Below the pieces are notes generated by a model. The model saw nothing but the letters and a program-made list of their open reading frames with translations. It was not told the origin of the DNA and searched no databases. This document shows, in pieces, positions 20,194-29,395 of a stretch of 64,000 nucleotides of DNA. A program made the translations under genes and the position numbers. Position 1 is the stretch's first letter, and every line of letters starts with the position of its first letter. Source of the stretch: Chloroflexota bacterium (GTDB lineage: Bacteria > Chloroflexota > Dehalococcoidia > UBA6926); assembly GCA_026713485.1 (NCBI GenBank), contig JAPOOK010000003.1, positions 4,085 to 68,084 of the forward strand. Reading direction: 5' to 3'.

Positions 20194-20210
20194 TAAGTCT
20201 GCGGAGCAGC

Positions 20211-20882
20211 CTACTCGTCGCCCGAGGACTCCTCTGCGGATGCAGCGGCCTCTGCTGCGCCTTCCTCCAGCTCGGCCTCTGCCTCAGCGTCCTCAGCCGC
20301 CATGGCCGCCGTGACGCGTGAGTGGGTCGCCCGAACGATGATCGTCTCGCCGTCAGTCAGGACCTCAACGCCCTCCGGCGCCGCGATGTCCGAAACGTAC
20401 AGCGCCGTCTCCAACTCCTCCAGCTCGGACACATCCAACTCCATTGCCGACGGGATGTTGGCGGGCAGGCACTCGATGGTCACCTCGTGTGTCAGGTGCG
20501 TGATGACCGCCCCCGGCAGCCGCGCCGCGGGCGCGTCGCCAACCAGGTGCACCGGAACCGTCGTCTGCACGGCCCGGTTCATTTCCACGATATAAAAGTC
20601 AGCGTGCATGATTGCGCGCGTCACCGGGTGGCGCTGAAGGGTCCGCAGCAGAGTCTGGTGCTTCTCCCCGTCGATGGTCAGCTCAACAAGTGAACCGCGA
20701 CCGCCGTCCGTGACCAGCCTGTCCAGTGCCCGACTCTCGGCCTGGAAGCTGACGGACTCTGCGCCGCGGCCATAGAGATTGGCCGGAGTAATGCCCTCAC
20801 GCCGGAGCGCTTTCACATGGCGACCCAGAGCCTCTCGTCGCTCGCCCTCAAGGGTCAGTGTCGTTCCATTGGTGCTTGTCAT
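20211..20882 (-). CDS. rplY: 50S ribosomal protein L25/Ctc (long form)
   Basis: LRREGITPANLYG, QRHPVT..HADF, beta C-terminal domain, acidic tail. Confidence 0.93.
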   Translation of the reverse strand: MTSTNGTTLTLEGERREALGRHVKALRREGITPANLYGRGAESVSFQAESRALDRLVTDGGRGSLVELTIDGEKHQTLLRTLQRHPVTRAIMHADFYIVEMNRAVQTTVPVHLVGDAPAARLPGAVITHLTHEVTIECLPANIPSAMELDVSELEELETALYVSDIAAPEGVEVLTDGETIIVRATHSRVTAAMAAEDAEAEAELEEGAAEAAASAEESSGDE

Positions 20883-20951
20883 GGTTGTTCAGCCTTGTCT
20901 GTGCCTGCTGCGCCGCCGACAATGTTCTGCGGCGTCAAAATAAACTCTACT

Positions 20952-20969
20952 TTGTGACTTTTGACACAA
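20952..20969. promoter_or_regulatory. Rex/CRP-like palindrome between rplY and the sulfite oxidase gene
   Basis: TTGTGACTTTTGACACAA versus TTGTGAAnnnnTTCACAA. Confidence 0.35.
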
Positions 20970-21065
20970 TATCGTAGCTATAAGCCCCTGGTACGGTCAA
21001 GCTCGCTCGGCTGAACGCATACGGCACAATGTTGAAGTGAGTCAGATGCCCTATAAGAGACCCCA

Positions 21066-22322
21066 ATGACGAACGAAGACACGAAGCACGCCGCGGCAAA
21101 ACCGGACGACGAGTCGCTATGGAGGTATGCCAGAGCGACAGGAATGGACCGGCGGGAATTCCTGCGCCTGCTGATTGTTGGCGGCAGTGCGCTTGTCATC
21201 GCTGCATGCTCCGGCAACCTCTTCAAGGGGGAATCGGCTGCCCCGACGCTAACTCCCGTGGGCCAGCGGCTGTTTTTCAAGGATCCTTCCCCGTTTATCG
21301 CTCGCGACGAAGTCGGCCTGGAAGCCCGGCTGGAGAATATGCAGGGCCTGATTACGCCCAACGAGTACTTCTTCGTCCGAAACAACGGACCAACACCCGT
21401 CGTCGATGTGTCCAATTGGCAACTGTCTATAGAAGGCGATGCGATAGCGGAGCCGCTACAACTCTCATTCGAGGAATTGCAGCGCTTGCCCAGCAGAACG
21501 TACATCTCCTACCTGGAATGTGCGGGAAATCACCGCGCTATGTTCGGTATCCTGCAGGGCCGACAATCCTCGGGGACGCAATGGGCGACAGGCGCGATTG
21601 GGAACGGAGAGTGGACCGGAGTGTCGCTGCGAGACGTGTTGACGCTCGCCGGTATCGATGATGCTGCGGTGAGTGTGTTGCTGGTTGGCCTGGATACCGA
21701 AGCCCCTGAAAATGGCTTTCGCTATGTCTTGCCCGTCGACAAGGCGATGAATGCTGACACAGTGTTGGCCTACTCGCTGAACGGCGAGCCTCTGCCGAAG
21801 GATCATGGCTTTCCTCTCCGCGCCGTCGTGCCGGGCTGGGTCGGCAGTTCCCACATCAAATGGCTGGGTCGCATCGTCGTGTCCTCAGAGAAACTGTGGA
21901 CGCGCAACAACACAACTTCGTACGTCCTCATCGGAGACGACTACCCACCGGAAGGCGAAGCCTGCGGCAAGCCCGTGACGATGCAGGTCATTAAGAGCGC
22001 GCTTGCACTGCCATGGCCGGCGCAACTGGAGAAAGGCCAACATCACATACACGGCTACGCGCACTCGCCCGCCGGCCCTATCTCTCGGGTTGAGTGGAGC
22101 GCGGATAGCGGGCGAACGTGGCGTGCCGCCGATCTGACTACCCCCCAGCCCGACTTTTCATGGGTCAAGTTTGAGTTCACATGGGATGCCGAGGCAGGCG
22201 AGCACACGATCATGACTCGCGCCACCGACTCTGCCGGCAACACCCAGCCCAATCACGTGCCCTTCAACGAGAAGGGCTATCTCTTCAACCAGCCCCTTCC
22301 GCACCCCATCCGCGTGGCGTAA
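21066..22322 (+). CDS. Sulfite oxidase-family molybdopterin enzyme, probable Tat lipoprotein
   Basis: DRREFL twin-arginine motif, VIAAC lipobox, FFVRN, LECAGN Mo-ligand Cys, DHGFPLRAVVPGWVG, KWL, Ig-like dimerisation domain. Confidence 0.88.
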   Translation: MTNEDTKHAAAKPDDESLWRYARATGMDRREFLRLLIVGGSALVIAACSGNLFKGESAAPTLTPVGQRLFFKDPSPFIARDEVGLEARLENMQGLITPNEYFFVRNNGPTPVVDVSNWQLSIEGDAIAEPLQLSFEELQRLPSRTYISYLECAGNHRAMFGILQGRQSSGTQWATGAIGNGEWTGVSLRDVLTLAGIDDAAVSVLLVGLDTEAPENGFRYVLPVDKAMNADTVLAYSLNGEPLPKDHGFPLRAVVPGWVGSSHIKWLGRIVVSSEKLWTRNNTTSYVLIGDDYPPEGEACGKPVTMQVIKSALALPWPAQLEKGQHHIHGYAHSPAGPISRVEWSADSGRTWRAADLTTPQPDFSWVKFEFTWDAEAGEHTIMTRATDSAGNTQPNHVPFNEKGYLFNQPLPHPIRVA

Positions 22323-22327
22323 CGCTT

Positions 22328-23875
22328 CTACGCCGCCGCACCCAGCTCACGCGGCCGATACTGAAGGGCCTCGCTAAGGTGGCGAGATGTGATGGTTGGC
22401 TCTTCTGCCAGGTCCGCAATCGTCCGTGCCAGCTTGAGAATGCGGTGGAAGCCTCGGGCACTTAAGTGCAGTTGCTGCATCGCCGCTCGCAGAAGCCCAT
22501 GCGACGCATCATCCAACCCGCAATACTCCCGCACCTCCACTGGCCCCATGTCCGCGTTGGTCAACACGCCGGGCGAACTGCCGAAGCGCGCACGTTGTCG
22601 CGTCCGCGCTTCCTCCACGCGGCTCCGCACGACCGCTGACGTCTCACCTATCCGGTCATCTGTCAGCTTCTCGTACTCCACGCGCGGCACATCCACAAAG
22701 ATGTCGATGCGGTCCAGCAGCGGCCCGCTGATGCGGCGCTGGTAGCGGTCAATGGTCGACGGGCTGCAAGAACACGCCTTCACAACGTCCCCGTAGAACC
22801 CGCACGGGCAAGGGTTCATCGCGCCGACAAGCATGAAATTCGCCGGGAAGGTGATCGAGCCCTGGGCGCGACTTATCGTGACCGCCTTGTCCTCCAGCGG
22901 CTGCCGCAGGACCTCCAGGATGTGGTGTCCGAACTCAGGCATCTCATCGAGGAACAGGACACCGCGATGGGAAAGCGTGATCTCGCCCGGCCGCGGCCAA
23001 TGTCCACCGCCCACCAGCCCCGCGTTGGAAACTGTGTAGTGCGGGGACCGGAACGGACGGGCAGAGATGAGTGGTCGCTCCGGCGGCAGCAGGCCTGCCA
23101 CGCTGTAGATCTTCGTCACGTCCAGTGATTCATCCCGCGTCATCGTTGGGAGAACGGAAGGCAGGCAGCGCGCGAGCAGCGTCTTTCCACTCCCCGGCGG
23201 CCCCATCATCACCAGGTTGTGGCCGCCCGCCGCCGCAACCTCTAAAGCCCGTTTCACGTTCTCCTGCCCGCGGACGAGCGACATATCAAATCCGTCGATG
23301 GTTGCCGTTCCGCCCGGGTCTGCCGGCGGCTCCGTCTGATAGAACGGGCGGAACGACTGTTCACCGCTGATGTGCTCTACAAGTTCCCGCAGGTTGCCCG
23401 CAGGCAGCACCTCGATGCCGTCGACGAGCGCAGCCTCCGGCGCGTCGACAGCCGGAACAACGATCTGCGTTAGGCCGCCCTCTCTCGCCAGCGCCGTCAT
23501 CGGCAACACGCCCTGCGTGTGGCGCACTTGCCCCTCAAGCGAAAGCTCGCCAAGGAAACCGACCTCATCCAGCGAGAATTGTGCCCCTGCCTGCCCGGAG
23601 CCGATCAGGATACCGGCCGCTATGGGCAGATCGTAAGATGTTCCGTTCTTCTTGAGATCCGCGGGGGCGAGGGAGACTGTGATCCGACGCTGCGGAAACT
23701 CAAACCCGGAATTCCTGATTGCCGCGCGAACACGCTCCCGGGCCTCCTGGACGGCCGTGTCCGGCAGCCCCACAATCGTGAAAGCGGGCAGCCCGGGCGC
23801 GATGTCCACCTCCACCTCAACTATCGAACCCTCAAGACCAACAACCGCGCAGCTGCGCACCTGTGCCAACGTCAT
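22328..23875 (-). CDS. comM: ComM/YifB Mg-chelatase-like AAA+ ATPase
   Basis: IVGLPDTAVQEARERV, GPPGSGKT, RPFRSPH, FLDEMPEF, NPCPCG, SARG..RILKLARTIADL. Confidence 0.92.
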   Translation of the reverse strand: MTLAQVRSCAVVGLEGSIVEVEVDIAPGLPAFTIVGLPDTAVQEARERVRAAIRNSGFEFPQRRITVSLAPADLKKNGTSYDLPIAAGILIGSGQAGAQFSLDEVGFLGELSLEGQVRHTQGVLPMTALAREGGLTQIVVPAVDAPEAALVDGIEVLPAGNLRELVEHISGEQSFRPFYQTEPPADPGGTATIDGFDMSLVRGQENVKRALEVAAAGGHNLVMMGPPGSGKTLLARCLPSVLPTMTRDESLDVTKIYSVAGLLPPERPLISARPFRSPHYTVSNAGLVGGGHWPRPGEITLSHRGVLFLDEMPEFGHHILEVLRQPLEDKAVTISRAQGSITFPANFMLVGAMNPCPCGFYGDVVKACSCSPSTIDRYQRRISGPLLDRIDIFVDVPRVEYEKLTDDRIGETSAVVRSRVEEARTRQRARFGSSPGVLTNADMGPVEVREYCGLDDASHGLLRAAMQQLHLSARGFHRILKLARTIADLAEEPTITSRHLSEALQYRPRELGAAA

Positions 23876-24053
23876 ACCAACACCTCCGACTAGCGCGCCA
23901 AATTCACCGATAACGAACGCGCGTTCTGACGACGGTACCATGCCTTGTGCGGCATTGCAACATGCGTTCGGAAACATTCCTGCATTCCCGTGCCGCCATC
24001 ACGAACTGGAGTACCATGGAATTGGCAAAGCCCCAGGCATAAAGGCAAGCATC

Positions 24054-24185
24054 ATGATCTTTGGATATGACTACACCCACTGGCTCGTCATCGGCTCCCT
24101 GGCGCTGCTGACGGCCGCTCCTGTCATCGGTATCGCCGCCGGCTTCATCATGAGCAGGCTCAGGCGCCGCCGCGCCGCACAGTAG
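24054..24185 (+). CDS. Small single-pass membrane protein (43 aa)
   Basis: MIFGYDYTHWLVIGSLALLTAAPVIGIAAGFIMSRLRRRRAAQ: hydrophobic helix followed by a basic tail. Confidence 0.5.
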   Translation: MIFGYDYTHWLVIGSLALLTAAPVIGIAAGFIMSRLRRRRAAQ

Positions 24186-24252
24186 GAATTCGTCTCGGCT
24201 GGTAGAGCGGCGGCCCCCGATAAGGCATGGACGGAAGCGGAAGGAACAATCC

Positions 24253-24726
24253 GTGACGCACATACTGCTGGCGGTGGACGGATCCGGCCAGGATGTGTCG
24301 TCCGTGGAGTGGTTGGGCAAGCTGTTCAGCGGCGTAGCGGCCACCGTCCAAATCACCGTGCTTCACGTTGCTCACCTCAGGATGCCCGGGCCATCCTCCA
24401 TTCGGCTCGGATTCGTCCCGCGCCTTCCGTCCCGTGAAGACCTCGAAGGCATTGAACAGCAGGCTCGTACGGAGGCGGACGAGATTGTCAGTTCAGTCAA
24501 GGAAGACCTTGAGGGCTACGGCTTCACGGTGACTACCATGGTGGAATGGGGCCCGACGCCGGATGTGATTCTCGAGGTGGCCGAGGCAAACGGCTGTGAC
24601 ATCATTGCGATAGGTCGCCACGGCGCAGGCAAGGTGAGCGATCTCATCGCGGGCAGTGTCTCGGGCCGCGTCATACGCCGTGCCAGCGTCCCCGTCCTCA
24701 TCTTGCGAGCTGATTCGCCGGAGTAG
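24253..24726 (+). CDS. Universal stress protein
   Basis: ILLAVDGS, DIIAIGRHG, GSVSGRVIRRASVPVLI. Confidence 0.9.
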   Translation: MTHILLAVDGSGQDVSSVEWLGKLFSGVAATVQITVLHVAHLRMPGPSSIRLGFVPRLPSREDLEGIEQQARTEADEIVSSVKEDLEGYGFTVTTMVEWGPTPDVILEVAEANGCDIIAIGRHGAGKVSDLIAGSVSGRVIRRASVPVLILRADSPE

Positions 24727-24737
24727 TTTTCGCGCGT

Positions 24738-25091
24738 CTAGGTAGAGGCCGGTTCCTCGAACCGTTCGATAACCTCGAACTCCAGCGCGTAGACCTCCAC
24801 TTCGTCCACGGGGCTGTTGAACTTCTTCCCCTCGCTGAACTGCTCGATCCACGCCGCCTTGTCCGGCCAGCCCTCGGCCAGAGCCTCCTCCCGCGTCATA
24901 TCGCCGATGCGCTGCTTCCACACTCGCGTGACGAGAATCTTGGCAAACGGTTTCTCACCGGTCATCGGCGGGCGGCGATAGAGCAGGTGCTCTGCGCCCT
25001 CTTTCGCCCGCGCCCGTGCCCACAGCTTGCGCGCCTGTGATTTCTCGCCCCGCAGAATCAGTTGAGCACTCGGTTCCTTGAACAAAATCAT
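24738..25091 (-). CDS. ASCH-domain protein
   Basis: ILRGEKSQAR..., MTREEALAEG, VYALEF pattern of ASCH/YqfB-like fold. Confidence 0.75.
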   Translation of the reverse strand: MILFKEPSAQLILRGEKSQARKLWARARAKEGAEHLLYRRPPMTGEKPFAKILVTRVWKQRIGDMTREEALAEGWPDKAAWIEQFSEGKKFNSPVDEVEVYALEFEVIERFEEPAST

Positions 25092-25170
25092 GCGGATACT
25101 ATACAGGCGTGGCAGGCCGTCCGGTGGTCACGCCGCAATAAACGGCATTTGACACAGTTGGGAGGTAGTC

Positions 25171-25503
25171 GTGCAGCAGTTTCTCGTGCTGACCGTGGGT
25201 CGCGCTTTGGACCCGCAGGATGGAGATGAACAAACACAGGCATATATGGGTGAGTGGCAGGCGTGGCTGGGCGGCTTGGTGGCTTCCGGCGCGTTGGACT
25301 CCGGCAGACCTCTGGAGCCCGGCGGCAAGGTGGTCGATAAAGATGGCGTCAAAGACTATGTGCCCGAGGAAATTGGCATTGGCGGCTATCTGATCATCAA
25401 CGCGGAATCCTTGCAGGACGCTGCGAAGATTGCGCAGGGTTCGCCGCACGTCGCCATCGGTGGAAGTGCAATCATCCGTCCCTGCCTCAGCGTCCCCCAA
25501 TAA
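25171..25503 (+). CDS. YciI-like dimeric alpha-beta barrel protein
   Basis: W.AW, G.PL, IGGYLIINAESLQDAAKIA..SP, G...IRP. Confidence 0.8.
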   Translation: MQQFLVLTVGRALDPQDGDEQTQAYMGEWQAWLGGLVASGALDSGRPLEPGGKVVDKDGVKDYVPEEIGIGGYLIINAESLQDAAKIAQGSPHVAIGGSAIIRPCLSVPQ

Positions 25504-25526
25504 GGCCAGCGCGGCCTCGCAACCGG

Positions 25527-25742
25527 CTATGTGTAGATCGCAATAACGACGGCCTCAGTGGGGTCGGACGGGTCTGACGCGAAGGCCACGATGCAGGATC
25601 GGCCGGCCAGTAATTCCGAGGACGGGATGGCCCGGCTGACACGCGCCCCCGTCAGCCACGTCGGCACACTCCCGTCCAACTGAACGTCCGCCGTGAATGA
25701 CGACGAATAGAATTCCTTGAGTGTGCCGCGCCTTAGCTCCAT
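25527..25742 (-). CDS. Hypothetical small beta protein (possible OB fold), last gene of the capsid operon
   Basis: Starts 2 nt after the stop of the 661-aa gene with GGAG SD; strand pattern GTLKEF..TADVQL..GRSCIVAF..AVVIAIY. Confidence 0.7.
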   Translation of the reverse strand: MELRRGTLKEFYSSSFTADVQLDGSVPTWLTGARVSRAIPSSELLAGRSCIVAFASDPSDPTEAVVIAIYT

Positions 25743-25744
25743 GC

Positions 25745-27730
25745 CTACACTCCGCCCAGCTCAATGTCCTGCTGATATACCGGCTGAGACGTGCCGATGT
25801 CGTAACGTGTCCTCAGACCTGCAACCCGCAGCCGCTCGGATGCCCACCCTACTGACGGCGCGGTGACGGACACGACGTCATGCAGTTGCTGCCCGGCGTT
25901 CACGGGAACTGTGATGCGCGCAAACGGCTGCAGCACGCCGCGTGACCGAAGCTCGGCGTCTGCTCTCGTGGCCACAACCTCCGGCGTAGTCAGAGAGCGA
26001 TCAACGACCTGCACCAGGAGACTGCCCACAGATTCCATCTCCCGCTGATTGACTGATTCGGCGATTGCTCCGTGCCCGTAGACTTGCACATGGTTGACAG
26101 GGGAAAGGGCGGATGAACGCGCGACGTCCAGCAGCGCATGGTCGCCTGGCTCCCCATAGAAATAGACGGCAGGGTCAGTCTCACGCGTACGGATTGCCTC
26201 GAGCACGCCATCTGAGAAACGCAGAACATCCGGCACGCGGGACATCAGGCGGGTGATGGCAACCGCAAGGCTCTCGTTCGGGGAGATTGTGATGGCGGGA
26301 TAGGTGGCCACGATGGCGGGGCTTGAGCGTGCGAGCGTCGTGGACATACCCGCCATCGTGAGCAGTTGGCTCAGGATGTTCCACACAGATGCCGTGTGCG
26401 CGGGCCACGTGAGTTGACGCCGCGCCCGCATTTTGGCCATAAACCACCACGGGTCCTCCGCCTCAAGCACCGTTACAAGGCTGCCCCGCCGCGTCTCGCG
26501 CCTTACCTCCCGCACCCAGTAGCGTTGCGCCTGGCCCGTCTCACGCCCCGTGCCTGTTTCATATCCCCACGCAATGCTGAGTTCGTGACCCAATGGGCCG
26601 GAGCCCACGGTAACTGACGAATCAAGCTGTGGCCCCTCTGCCAATACGAGTGTTACCGAAGCTCCGCGAGGGGTCTCTTTCATGTCCGCGGCTATGACAG
26701 ACCCGGAAATATCGATCGACGGCGTACCGATGTGCGCTCGCCACACCTCGGACGGTGTCGTCAGCCACGCAAAGGAGGCCTCGGCGGCCAAGGCAGGCCC
26801 TGTGCCTCCAATCTGGCCGAACGGCGTGGACTCGCGCCAACGATGGTCGCGAAAGCGCGCGCCCGCCGAAGCATGCGTTGTCATCGTCTGTGAGTAGCCG
26901 GCCGCTCCGCCATATGCCTCGACGAAGCTGATGCGTGGCCCGTCCGCCGCGCAGACGCCGGGATCCCGATACGTCACATCAGCACCCGGCGCCGAGGCGA
27001 TCACTTCACGCAGCATCGACCATGTTCCCGCCGTCTGAGATGAACCCGCGCCAAGGTTGCACGTCCATACACCTGACGATCTGTTTGACAGTGTCCCGCA
27101 CGCCACAACCGCCCAATCGCCGTCGATGTGACCGCAGGCGATGCCGTCCACTGTCCTCAACGAGTTGGTCCAAGCGGAGGGCGACGACCATGTTCCTGCC
27201 GTTCTTGTAATCGAGCGAACGATGCCCGTTGACTCCGCGTAGAGCAGCAATGCTCCGCCGCCCGCGCCGGACGCCGCCGCAAGCGATGTGACGTTCGCCG
27301 CCGCCGTTGCGACCGTGCGCGGCGAGCCAAACGTCAAACCGTCGTCTCGGCTCGTCCGCTCGCGGATCGTCCTCTGATTGGCTGCAACGTCAAGGACATG
27401 GATCTGTCCGTCAATCTCAGTGACTGCCACGCCTCCGGAGGCGGCCGTCTCCCCAAGGTTCTGCCACATTCCGAACTGCGAATCCGGTCCGGGAGAGGCG
27501 ATTCGCTGGACAAAGAGGCCGTTCGGGTTTGCCTGGGCACGGATGCGAATGAGTGAGCCGCCGGACGTTATGACGGCGGCATGTGGTCCGACCGGCTCCT
27601 GCCCGGAGGTAAGCCGTTCCCACCGGAGCTGCGTCACACCGCCCCACCGCTCTGCGAGCATGGCGTGCACGTATGGAACCGCCGCACGGTCGCGCTGAGC
27701 AGCCAACAGTGATTCAGATAGAGAATGCAT
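25745..27730 (-). CDS. Putative virion tail/hub-like protein (N-terminal beta-propeller-like, C-terminal hub-like)
   Basis: 661 aa; Asp-box-like SRDDGLTF; C-terminal VNHVQVYG, ITVPVNAGQQLHDVVSV..RVAGL resembling phage tail hub ends; lies in the capsid operon. Confidence 0.55.
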   Translation of the reverse strand: MHSLSESLLAAQRDRAAVPYVHAMLAERWGGVTQLRWERLTSGQEPVGPHAAVITSGGSLIRIRAQANPNGLFVQRIASPGPDSQFGMWQNLGETAASGGVAVTEIDGQIHVLDVAANQRTIRERTSRDDGLTFGSPRTVATAAANVTSLAAASGAGGGALLLYAESTGIVRSITRTAGTWSSPSAWTNSLRTVDGIACGHIDGDWAVVACGTLSNRSSGVWTCNLGAGSSQTAGTWSMLREVIASAPGADVTYRDPGVCAADGPRISFVEAYGGAAGYSQTMTTHASAGARFRDHRWRESTPFGQIGGTGPALAAEASFAWLTTPSEVWRAHIGTPSIDISGSVIAADMKETPRGASVTLVLAEGPQLDSSVTVGSGPLGHELSIAWGYETGTGRETGQAQRYWVREVRRETRRGSLVTVLEAEDPWWFMAKMRARRQLTWPAHTASVWNILSQLLTMAGMSTTLARSSPAIVATYPAITISPNESLAVAITRLMSRVPDVLRFSDGVLEAIRTRETDPAVYFYGEPGDHALLDVARSSALSPVNHVQVYGHGAIAESVNQREMESVGSLLVQVVDRSLTTPEVVATRADAELRSRGVLQPFARITVPVNAGQQLHDVVSVTAPSVGWASERLRVAGLRTRYDIGTSQPVYQQDIELGGV

Positions 27731-27774
27731 CTTTGGTCACCAGGGAGTTGATAGTACTGCCGAGTCCGGACGGC

Positions 27775-28392
27775 CTAGAGTTCGCCGTCGTCTTCCGGGT
27801 GGAAGAGCTTTCGCGGGCGAAAGCCGGAACGCCGGCCGATTCGCGCCAGCTGCAGCTCAAAATCTGCCATCCGCTCCTCCGCCCAAGTCAGGTACTGCCG
27901 CCACACGTCCTGTCCGCCGACGTTGAGACGATTGACCGCGTACGCTGCCCATTCCAGCGCTGCGTACGCTGCCGCGCCGGTGATTACCAGCTCCTCCAGC
28001 GCCTCAGGTAGCGTGGACGCGGAGTCCGTCAGCCGATGAAGCGCCCCGTAATAGACAGTGACGCTCTCGCCGGCATTCGGCTCGCCGGGCAGGTTCAACA
28101 AAAGGGTGTCGCCCCATTGGTTGAAGCGCACGCGGGACGGTGGATGCCTGCCCACGGGATATTCGACGGCCTCAACGACAACGCGATCAGTCAGGTCCGC
28201 AACCGAAACCTCCCGGCTTCCGTCTGTCAGTCCTCTTGAGACCGTCTTCTCATGCGGCGCGACCTTGGAGACCTTGGCCAGCGCTCGCTCGATGTGGCGA
28301 TTCAATACATCGTCTGTCCAGCGATAGCTGTTGGCGTCCTCATCGTGCAGATCGCGCCGCACGCGCTCTCGCACCTGTCCCAGCGTGCTCAT
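27775..28392 (-). CDS. Putative phage head-tail adaptor-like protein
   Basis: MSTLGQVRERVRRDLHD...WTDDVLNRHIERAL...TLPEALEELVITGAAAYA, a helical-ended adaptor-like pattern; directly follows the capsid gene. Confidence 0.6.
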   Translation of the reverse strand: MSTLGQVRERVRRDLHDEDANSYRWTDDVLNRHIERALAKVSKVAPHEKTVSRGLTDGSREVSVADLTDRVVVEAVEYPVGRHPPSRVRFNQWGDTLLLNLPGEPNAGESVTVYYGALHRLTDSASTLPEALEELVITGAAAYAALEWAAYAVNRLNVGGQDVWRQYLTWAEERMADFELQLARIGRRSGFRPRKLFHPEDDGEL

Positions 28393-28438
28393 TTTCCGTC
28401 CTTCTATCCCGGGCCGAGTCCTAAAAGATTCCTGGTTG

Positions 28439-28467
28439 GTCGTCCCCGCAGGAACGCGGGGGCCGAC
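28439..28467 (-). terminator. GC-rich stem-loop between capsid and adaptor genes (no U-tract; attenuator or mRNA stabiliser)
   Basis: gtcgtccccgca-ggaac-gcgggggccgac inverted repeat. Confidence 0.45.
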
Positions 28468-28504
28468 TGTGGGTGTTCTTCTGAAGTAATCGCGAACCGG
28501 GAAA

Positions 28505-29395
28505 TCAGTTGCGAACCCCGGTAAGCTTGGCGAGCTTCGCCGTGTTGAAAAGGGCAAGGCTTACGTACCACTTCACGCGCGTCCGGCGTGCATCCTTTGT
28601 CTCCAGGTTGCCAACGCGTTCCACCTGCAACCCCCCGGGGGATGTAAGCCCGACGAGACTGCCCTCACCGGCTTGAAAGGCGAATACCGTGGAGCAGTCC
28701 GCGCTGGTCCCAACCGTCTGGGCATCGGAGATCCAATCATTCACGCCCACCGGGATGCCGTCGTAGTACTGCACCATCTGGCCGAGCTCATCGCGGTCGG
28801 ACACCACGATTCCGGAACCGGACGCGCGGGCGAGCGAGTTGAGCTTGCGACGTGAGCGGCGGCTCATCAGGATCATGTCCGGCTTCCCGCCCTTGACCGT
28901 GTCGATGAGTTCATCGAGCTTGTCGAGGGTCAGCGCGCCGCCGTTCTGACCCATCGTGAGGGCCTGATCGCCCGTCGCCAGGATATCGACGCCATCGAAC
29001 GAGTCTTCGTCCGTATCCGCGTTCCCGTTGATGAACGTGTCCTCGAACTTGTGCTGGATGGCACGTGCTTTCAACTGCACAACAGCCGCCTCAAGGTCCT
29101 GGATGTTGGATCGTGTCGTCGCAAGGTAATTGTCCACGTCCGCATCGCCGCCCAGGATGGAGAGCGTCGCCGTCAACTGGGTGAACGTCGGCGTACTCTC
29201 CGCCCACGAATCGCCAACGCTGTAGAAACTGACCGTCGGCGCGGCCTTTTCCCTGTTGTAGGTGAGACCGTTCCCGACAATCTCGATGAAGGGCAGCGAT
29301 TGGAGAACAGGGCTGTCCTTGATCACGGTTTCTATCACGCCCTGCAACAGGACGTCGTTGGAGAGCTTGGCTGCTTCCGTCAATGTGAGGGCCAT
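28505..29395 (-). CDS. Phage-type major capsid protein (HK97 fold, epsilon15 gp7/BPP-1-like)
   Basis: MALTLTEAAKL...VLQSLPFIEI.GN.LTYNRE, LSILGGDADVD, FINGN..SFDGV, LDKLDELID, YDGIPV, RTRVKWYV; strong GGGAGGTGA SD before ATG at 29395. Confidence 0.85.
   Translation of the reverse strand: MALTLTEAAKLSNDVLLQGVIETVIKDSPVLQSLPFIEIVGNGLTYNREKAAPTVSFYSVGDSWAESTPTFTQLTATLSILGGDADVDNYLATTRSNIQDLEAAVVQLKARAIQHKFEDTFINGNADTDEDSFDGVDILATGDQALTMGQNGGALTLDKLDELIDTVKGGKPDMILMSRRSRRKLNSLARASGSGIVVSDRDELGQMVQYYDGIPVGVNDWISDAQTVGTSADCSTVFAFQAGEGSLVGLTSPGGLQVERVGNLETKDARRTRVKWYVSLALFNTAKLAKLTGVRN

Noticed and set aside
19715-20196. Overlapping 146-aa and 151-aa ORFs in the gyrB-rplY gap
   Set aside because: They run through REP-like repeats and the gyrB promoter/leader; no protein-like features
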